In this document: positions 58,123 to 64,000 of the stretch, one piece after another
Position numbering within the stretch: the first letter of the stretch is position 1
Layout: every line of letters begins with the position of its first letter
Origin: Ignavibacteria bacterium
GTDB lineage: Bacteria > Bacteroidota > Ignavibacteria > Ignavibacteriales > SURF-24
Assembly (NCBI GenBank): GCA_025612375.1
Contig: JAAXKN010000003.1
Span: forward strand, 183,245-247,244
Reading direction: 5' to 3'
Length of the DNA: 64,000 bases
The notes under the pieces: model-generated
The model's database searches: none
Seen by the model: the letters and a program-made list of their open reading frames with translations, nothing else
Told to the model about the DNA's origin: nothing
Position numbers and translations under genes: made by a program

Positions 58123-59547
58123 TTATCTTCTTCCCAGCCACACTTCGGGGTTCTGGTTTGAGCGCTCGTTCCAGATTTCAAAGTGGAGTATGCTCCCTTC
58201 CAGGCTTTCACTGATCCTGCCTATTACGGTGCCGGCCTTAACCCTGGCCCCTTCACCTAAAAGTATCTCTCCCAGGTGGCCGTAAACGGTCCTGAAGCCA
58301 TTTTTGTGCGTAATGATGAGAACGCTGCCGTAACCCGGCACCCAGTTGACTGCCGAGACAATTCCGTCACAGACGGATTTAACGTCAGTGTCATTGGCTT
58401 TAATGTCAATGCCGTAGTTTAATGTCACCGTGTTTAGTTTTGAGTTTCTGTTCTCACCGAACTTCCTGATGACCTTACCGCTGTTGACAGGCCAGTGCAG
58501 GCGCCCCCTTAAAGATGAAAACGACTCCATGCCGCTGTATGCATAATCCTCGGCCGGGATTTCATTTTCAGCCGAAACAACTTCTTTAACCTCTTCTTTT
58601 GTAACGCTTTGATTTTTATTTACAATCCGTGTTGAGGTCTCTTTATTTTCTCTGCTTTCTTTATTTTTCTTCGCCTTCTCAAGCTTTGCCAGGAGCTGTT
58701 TCCGTTTTTCTTCGGCCGCTTTCTTTTCTGCAGATCTCCTTCTTTCTTCTTTTTCAATCAGCCTTGAAATCAGGTTTCTGATCTCCCCTTCGGCCTTCTT
58801 CTTCAGCTCAAGCTCTTTTCTAAGTGAGTTCTTGTCGTTTCTTAAGCCGGCAAGAATGGATTTTCTTTCAGCAAGCTTTGCATTTAGGCTTTTTTCTTCC
58901 TTCTGCTTTTCTTCTGCAATGGCCCTTTTTTCATCCCTTTCATCTACGAGCTTTTTCTGAAGCATAGAAAGTTCATCCTGCTTTTCTTTTAAATCTGCTA
59001 TGTTCTTCTGCCTTTGCAGGGATATTTTCTTAAGATATTTGTACCTTACAAGTGCCTGGTTGAATGAGCCAGAGGAAAAAACCGAGTTCAGCTCGCTGTC
59101 CTTGCCGTGCTTGTAGAGATGAACGACGTACTTTGCATAAACCGCCTTTAAGCGCCCGATCTCCTTTTCTATTGCCGAGGCCTGAGTTTCAGTCTTGCCA
59201 ATCTGCCTGTCCTTTTCCTCTTCTTCTGATCTTATGGAATTTATGAGCTGACTGAGATAGTGGTTCTGACGGCTGTAGTTTTCAAGCATTTCAATGGACA
59301 TCTTTTCTTTCTTCGACTTTTTTTTCAGCTCTTCTTCCAGGCGGTTTATCTCCTGCTTCAGCTCCTTAAGCTCGGCTTTTTTATCCGTAATCTTCTCCTG
59401 TGCCCTTAAGAGAGTGCCTGCAGTAAATAAAAATATAATTGTGAGTAAGACTGAAGAAAAATATCCCCGGGGCAATATATCACTGAACAATATATCTCTG
59501 AAATGAAAGAAAGAGCTGAAATATTTAGCGGAATTATTGTTATCCAT
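58123..59547 (-). CDS. EnvC-like coiled-coil protein with degenerate LytM (M23) domain
   Basis: 474 aa with a TM/signal anchor, about 300 aa of Lys/Glu-rich coiled coil, and a C-terminal LytM domain. In that domain the HxxxD motif reads NYGID and the HxH motif reads ILH. Confidence 0.8.
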   Translation of the reverse strand: MDNNNSAKYFSSFFHFRDILFSDILPRGYFSSVLLTIIFLFTAGTLLRAQEKITDKKAELKELKQEINRLEEELKKKSKKEKMSIEMLENYSRQNHYLSQLINSIRSEEEEKDRQIGKTETQASAIEKEIGRLKAVYAKYVVHLYKHGKDSELNSVFSSGSFNQALVRYKYLKKISLQRQKNIADLKEKQDELSMLQKKLVDERDEKRAIAEEKQKEEKSLNAKLAERKSILAGLRNDKNSLRKELELKKKAEGEIRNLISRLIEKEERRRSAEKKAAEEKRKQLLAKLEKAKKNKESRENKETSTRIVNKNQSVTKEEVKEVVSAENEIPAEDYAYSGMESFSSLRGRLHWPVNSGKVIRKFGENRNSKLNTVTLNYGIDIKANDTDVKSVCDGIVSAVNWVPGYGSVLIITHKNGFRTVYGHLGEILLGEGARVKAGTVIGRISESLEGSILHFEIWNERSNQNPEVWLGRR

Positions 59548-59646
59548 AGATGAAATGTTTGAGCAAAAAAAAAGGGTCTGAAAAATAGTTTCAGATTATT
59601 TTCGAAAAATTTTTTCAAAATTACAGTAATCACCCCGTGGCAAACA

Positions 59647-59680
59647 TCTTCTAAGGGATAAATATATATCCCTTAGAAGA
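59647..59680 (-). other. Perfect 14-bp-stem hairpin between the DUF4292-like and EnvC-like genes
   Basis: tcttctaagggata (59647-59660) pairs with tatcccttagaaga (59667-59680) across a 6-nt loop. It lies 11 nt after the stop at 59692. No T tract follows on the minus strand. Confidence 0.5.
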
Positions 59681-59691
59681 ATGATTTTAAT

Positions 59692-60480
59692 TTACCATTT
59701 CACCACTTCGGCATCCTCAGGAATGTCGAAAGTGATTTTTGAATTTCTTTTATTAACATCCACCTTGCGGTATTCTATCTTAAGGTTCTGATTTTCAGAT
59801 TTGTTCTTTATTTCAGTTAAGAATGGGACGGGTATGCCGTTTACGATCTTGAACTTCGAATAGCTGCCTTGCAGAATAAGATTATCAGTGGTTCCAAAGA
59901 GCTGGTAATTTGTAACAACCAGGTCCCTGATGTCAACCGTATACTTTGTCTTTGCCTGTGTAAGTGAATCGCTGTAAGTCAGGACGTACTTGTCGTAGAC
60001 TATCTCGTAATTTGAAGGATTCTGTGTAAGTTTCTGCGTAAGGTTTACAGCGCCCACAAAAGCATCCGTAAGGTCGCTGAATGACATATCAACCTTGAAT
60101 ATTTTTTTCAGTATGTCGCTGTTGCTGTTTCCTTTATAGAGTGTATTATGCATGGCGTCATAGAAAGAAAAATTATTGCTCGTGACAAGAGCCTGTGCAA
60201 GCTCTATGCCGAAGGGGCCGTATACTTCAAGGTAAACCGAGTCGGGCCTCTGCATTACAACCTTAAAGCTGGCCGTAGTATTAACTTCGGGAGTGTTAAT
60301 CTCTATTGTACCGGTACCCTCGAAGTTCTTGATTTTTCTTCTGTTGGCTTCCAGTTTTTTTGTTAAGCGTTCCGAGGGCAGAATCTCAACTTGTTCGGTC
60401 GGTTTTGATGGTACACAACCTTCATAGATAAAAGTAAAAAATGGCAGTAAATAAACCAGGACTAATAGTAACTTTTTCAC
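59692..60480 (-). CDS. Lipoprotein, DUF4292/LolB-like (tentative)
   Basis: 262 aa with a signal peptide and Cys (FTFIYEGC). Its size and its position between a TPR lipoprotein and an M23/EnvC gene match what I recall as the conserved Bacteroidetes arrangement. It overlaps the upstream gene by 4 nt. Confidence 0.5.
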   Translation of the reverse strand: MKKLLLVLVYLLPFFTFIYEGCVPSKPTEQVEILPSERLTKKLEANRRKIKNFEGTGTIEINTPEVNTTASFKVVMQRPDSVYLEVYGPFGIELAQALVTSNNFSFYDAMHNTLYKGNSNSDILKKIFKVDMSFSDLTDAFVGAVNLTQKLTQNPSNYEIVYDKYVLTYSDSLTQAKTKYTVDIRDLVVTNYQLFGTTDNLILQGSYSKFKIVNGIPVPFLTEIKNKSENQNLKIEYRKVDVNKRNSKITFDIPEDAEVVKW

Positions 60481-62282
60481 AGTTCTCCTTTTTCAATCTT
60501 TGTCTTAAGTTCAGTATTATCTGTATTTAACTGATAAGCCTCGTGCCACATTTCAAGGGCCTTTCCTTTTTTCCCGGCCTTGAAATTTATGTCGCCCAGG
60601 TGTTCAATCAGTGTAGAATTCGAGGAATCTATTGCAATAGCTTTCCTGATATACTCTTCAGCCTTTTCGTAATTACCCATCTTAAAGAAAACCCAGCCGT
60701 ACGTATCGAGGTAGGAAGAATTCCCGGGCTCAATAGAGACTGCTTTTTCAGCCATTTTCAGGGCCTCCGGAAGCCTCAATCCCCTTTCAGCAAGTGAATA
60801 GGCATAGTTGTTAAGAATGAGCACATTATTCGAATCGAGGCTGAGGGCCTTTGAGTATGCACTGTCGCATTCGGGCCACTTTTTCTGAGCGTTATAGATA
60901 AGGCCCAGAGTGCCTATCAGGTCCACGTTGTTTGAATCCAGGTTCAGGGCTTCCTTTATGTAATGGACTGCAGCCTCGGGCTCCTTAAGCTGGTTTAGGG
61001 TATATCCGTATGCCGAAAGCGCAGTGAGGTCCTTTGGATTAAGGTTGACCGCCTTCTCAAGGTAAGGCTTTGCCTCTGAATAGCTGTTCATCTGCGAAAG
61101 CGACAGGCCCAGAATGAGGTTTATCGGGAAATTATCCGGAAAGTTCACAACGGCTTCTTTTAATATTTTTGCAGCCTCTTCATACTTCCTGCTGTCAAAA
61201 TAAAGTCCTCCCAGGCGAGTCCAGGCGTCGGCATTCCACCTGGCGAGTTCAGTAACCTGTTTGAATTCCGAGATTGCAGCAGAATCTCTTCTTTCGCGGA
61301 GGTCAATTTCACCCAGTACCATCTTAACCTGCCAGTTTGTAGTGTCGCGGTCGAGTTTTTCAAAAACTTCCCTCGTCACCGGCAGGAGTGTGGAATCACG
61401 CATTGCCTGTGTGAGATAGATTGAGCCGATTTTAATTTTTGATTCCAGCGGCACCGCGGGGCTCTCAAGTATTACCCTGTATTCGTCCATAGCTTTCTGC
61501 CAGTTGTCCTGCTGGAGAAATATCTGCGCCTTCATTTCCCTTAAGGAAAGGTCCTCCGGAAATTTTGCCTCAAGCTCATCAATTGCGCTTATTGCCTTGT
61601 CGAACTTGTTCTCCTTTATGTAGGATTCGATCAGGAGCTTGCGTACCTCAACGTTTGAAGGGTCCAATGTCAGGAGCTGCTCTATTGTTTTTACGGATTC
61701 ATCCATATTTCCAAGGCGTTCATAAAGCTCTGCAATGCGCGCCAGCACGCTCCATTCGGGCCCGGTAATAGTCAGGAGCTTCTGGTACATGTTCAGAGCC
61801 TGAAGAGGTTTCGACTGCTGGTAAATATTTGCCAGGTTATAGTAAGCTGCAACATTGCCCGAATCAAGTTTAATAATTTTCTCGTAGGCTGCAGCCGCTG
61901 AATCTATCTGATGTCCGTTTGTATAAACATCCGCAAGAACATTAAAGTAATCAACATTAGTTGAATCGAGTTTTATTGCACTGTTTATATTGCTAAGAGC
62001 CAGTGAGAGTTTATTTGTCAGAAGATAATCCTTTGCCAGTGCGTAATAAACCCCGGCTTTGGGATCCATCCTTAGGGCGTCCTGGTATTCCAGTATTGCG
62101 GTAGAGTAATCCCCCTTGGCATCTGCAATACTGCCGTCGACAAAGTGTTCAATTGCTTCTTTCGACTGGAGGCTTTCTGTGGAATCTGGCAGTCCGTCAT
62201 CGTCACTCTTCTGAACTTTATCTGAAGAACATCCGAACAGCAAAAAAGCAAGGCCAAATATTATTATTGTGTTTTTAAGCAT
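60477..62282 (-). CDS. Tetratricopeptide repeat lipoprotein
   Basis: 601 aa with lipobox LLFGC and TPR units throughout (for example YYNLANIYQQSKPLQALNMYQKLL). Confidence 0.7.
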   Translation of the reverse strand: MLKNTIIIFGLAFLLFGCSSDKVQKSDDDGLPDSTESLQSKEAIEHFVDGSIADAKGDYSTAILEYQDALRMDPKAGVYYALAKDYLLTNKLSLALSNINSAIKLDSTNVDYFNVLADVYTNGHQIDSAAAAYEKIIKLDSGNVAAYYNLANIYQQSKPLQALNMYQKLLTITGPEWSVLARIAELYERLGNMDESVKTIEQLLTLDPSNVEVRKLLIESYIKENKFDKAISAIDELEAKFPEDLSLREMKAQIFLQQDNWQKAMDEYRVILESPAVPLESKIKIGSIYLTQAMRDSTLLPVTREVFEKLDRDTTNWQVKMVLGEIDLRERRDSAAISEFKQVTELARWNADAWTRLGGLYFDSRKYEEAAKILKEAVVNFPDNFPINLILGLSLSQMNSYSEAKPYLEKAVNLNPKDLTALSAYGYTLNQLKEPEAAVHYIKEALNLDSNNVDLIGTLGLIYNAQKKWPECDSAYSKALSLDSNNVLILNNYAYSLAERGLRLPEALKMAEKAVSIEPGNSSYLDTYGWVFFKMGNYEKAEEYIRKAIAIDSSNSTLIEHLGDINFKAGKKGKALEMWHEAYQLNTDNTELKTKIEKGEL

Positions 62283-62475
62283 AAAATGTTTTATTTCTTA
62301 ATTAAAGTTACGTAAAATTTTACATACAGGGTAAAATTTTCCTGAATAATAGCACTAAAGCATTTTCCGTTCTTATACATCCTAAACGGAAATTTGTTCA
62401 TAAATTCTTTAATAAAAGGGATTTTTCTACCAAGTGCATATTATTCAATTTAATAAATTATAGTAATGATTACCT

Positions 62476-63393
62476 ATGGAAAAATTTGATCTTGCTCTTG
62501 CCTACACATGGGAATATGATGAAGATTTTATAAGGCTTATTGAGGACATGGCGCGCGACCTGCAGATAACTACATATATCGTAAGGGAAGATAACGTTTT
62601 TGACGTAATAGATAAGCTGAAGCGCCGCAGCCTTTCAATTCTCTGCTATCTTGACAGGGCTTCTGATGTAAATGACGACTTTGAGGAAATTGCCCATATT
62701 TTATCCAGGCGCAATACAAAAGTCTTTAATCCTTATAAGCTTGTATCTCACGCAATTGACAAGGCCACGATGCACCTGGAATTTATTACTGCAGGCCTTC
62801 ATACGCCGTACTCAATAATTATTCCCCCATTCAGCGAGGAAGAGGAGATCTACTTATCCCTGGATGACCTTGCAATTTTAGACCGCCCTTTTATAATCAA
62901 GCCATGCAACACTACGGGAGGAGGAATGGGTGTGGTCACGGGAGCCGAAACGCTTAAGGAAGTGCTTGAAGAAAGAATGACCAATAATGAAGACAAGTAT
63001 CTTCTTCAGGAGAAGATCTATCCGCAGATGCTCGACGGGAGGCGCGCCTGGTTCCGCTCTTTCTGGGCTTTCGGTAAAGCAATCCCCTGCTGGTGGGACG
63101 ACCAGACGCACTATTATTCAGAACTGACAAACGATGAAGTAGATAAGTACCACCTTCAGGAACTCTTCCGCGACACGCGCAAAATAGCAAGGCTTACAAG
63201 CCTTGACTTTTTCTCAACAGAGATCGTACTGTCAACAAAAGGGAAATTCATTGTTGTCGATTATGTCAACGACCAGTGCGACATGCGCTTCCAGTCGAGG
63301 CACTTCGACGGCGTGCCGGACAATGTGGTTAGAAGGATCATCTACAATATGCTGATGGCAGTAAGAAAAATAAAACGCACAGGACAGAAATAA
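62476..63393 (+). CDS. Hypothetical protein with ATP-grasp-like core (tentative)
   Basis: 305 aa. FIIKPCNTTGGGMGVV resembles the ATP-grasp phosphate-binding loop. YLLQEKI and FIVVDYVNDQCDM resemble the hinge and the Mg-binding end of the fold. Confidence 0.45.
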   Translation: MEKFDLALAYTWEYDEDFIRLIEDMARDLQITTYIVREDNVFDVIDKLKRRSLSILCYLDRASDVNDDFEEIAHILSRRNTKVFNPYKLVSHAIDKATMHLEFITAGLHTPYSIIIPPFSEEEEIYLSLDDLAILDRPFIIKPCNTTGGGMGVVTGAETLKEVLEERMTNNEDKYLLQEKIYPQMLDGRRAWFRSFWAFGKAIPCWWDDQTHYYSELTNDEVDKYHLQELFRDTRKIARLTSLDFFSTEIVLSTKGKFIVVDYVNDQCDMRFQSRHFDGVPDNVVRRIIYNMLMAVRKIKRTGQK

Positions 63394-63495
63394 ACCGCAA
63401 AGAACAGAAATACACCCCGGAAATTTTCCAGAGCCCCATCCGGACGAAGTACCCCAAATGAGCTGCAATAAAATAAACTTAATCCCCGCAAAATG

Positions 63496-64000
63496 TCAGA
63501 AAACTATCCCCTCTTCAATTGTTTCAAGCAGGTAAAGGTAGCTTTCATAACGTTCAACCGGAATCTTTTCTTCTTCTACTGCCTCAACGACGGCACAGCC
63601 GGGCTCGTGGTTATGCGTGCACGTGTTAAAACGGCAGTTGTCTATATAAGGCTTGAATTCTATGAAGTAGTGTCCGAGGTTTTCCTTTGTAATGCCGTAT
63701 GGATCAATCTCCCTTATTCCCGGAGTATCAATTATGTATGTTTCAGGCTCAACACTTACCATTATGCTTGTAACTGTTGTATGCTTCCCTTTCTGTGTAA
63801 AAGAACTGGTCTCACCCGTCCTGAATTTTAAGGAGGGATACATTGTGTTAAGAAGCGACGACTTTCCTACACCCGAGTGCCCCCAGAAGATATTTTTCTT
63901 TCCTTTTAGCAGGCCCCTGATCTCATCGGTCCCCTCGCCCGTTACAGCACTGCTGGCAACTACATGGTAGCCCACGGTTTCGTATAGTTCTTTCCATGCT
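63496..64000 (-). CDS. rsgA: Ribosome small-subunit-dependent GTPase A; the N-terminus lies beyond the window edge
   Basis: G1 motif GHSGVGKSSLLN, DTPG, and the C-terminal zinc motif CRFNTCTHNHEPGC. The frame stays open upstream of the GTG at 63975 to base 64000 (...AWKELYETVGYHV). Confidence 0.85.
   Translation of the reverse strand, partial: AWKELYETVGYHVVASSAVTGEGTDEIRGLLKGKKNIFWGHSGVGKSSLLNTMYPSLKFRTGETSSFTQKGKHTTVTSIMVSVEPETYIIDTPGIREIDPYGITKENLGHYFIEFKPYIDNCRFNTCTHNHEPGCAVVEAVEEEKIPVERYESYLYLLETIEEGIVF

Overview
This is a dense (roughly 90% coding) chromosomal window from a Gram-negative bacterium. It is most likely FCB group (Ignavibacteriota/Bacteroidota-like). That placement is an inference from a T9SS type-A C-terminal sorting domain, a CarboxypepD_reg-type TonB-dependent receptor, a TPR/DUF4292-like/LytM operon, and TTG..TAnnTTTG promoter candidates. 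I can support about 60 protein-coding genes, one tRNA-Arg(CCG), about a dozen hairpin terminators and a few short repeats or palindromes. The content is overwhelmingly housekeeping: speB, ribBA, yajC, tgt, a Tat-exported PaoABC-like Mo/FAD/FeS oxidoreductase, mdh, rplU-rpmA, pgi, a PhoR/PhoB-like two-component pair, dxs, xseAB, ridA, panD, rsfS, argS, comF, surE, mazG, phoH, radC, guaA, efp-accB-accC-gcvH, dapF and rsgA. There are also many uncharacterised envelope proteins (OM beta-barrels, lipoproteins, TPR proteins) and two clan GH-A glycoside hydrolases. I see no rRNA, CRISPR array, transposase, integrase, prophage, toxin-antitoxin or recognisable defence genes, and no obvious compositional island. 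I could not identify a convincing self-contained novel multi-gene system. The best leads, all hypotheses needing database or experimental checks, are: (1) a Braun-lipoprotein-like coiled-coil lipoprotein ending in Lys, paired with a coiled-coil LysM protein (44.1-45.2 kb); (2) a sensor kinase whose transmembrane N-terminus is encoded in frame but has no ATG/GTG/TTG start (19.7-19.9 kb), with a 3 x 14 bp tandem repeat upstream of its response regulator; (3) two identical AAGCCC-N3-GGGCTT palindromes 21 bp apart upstream of guaA; (4) a tightly coupled beta-CASP nuclease / FN3 lipoprotein / OM barrel / RsbW-like ATPase cluster (10.3-15.1 kb).
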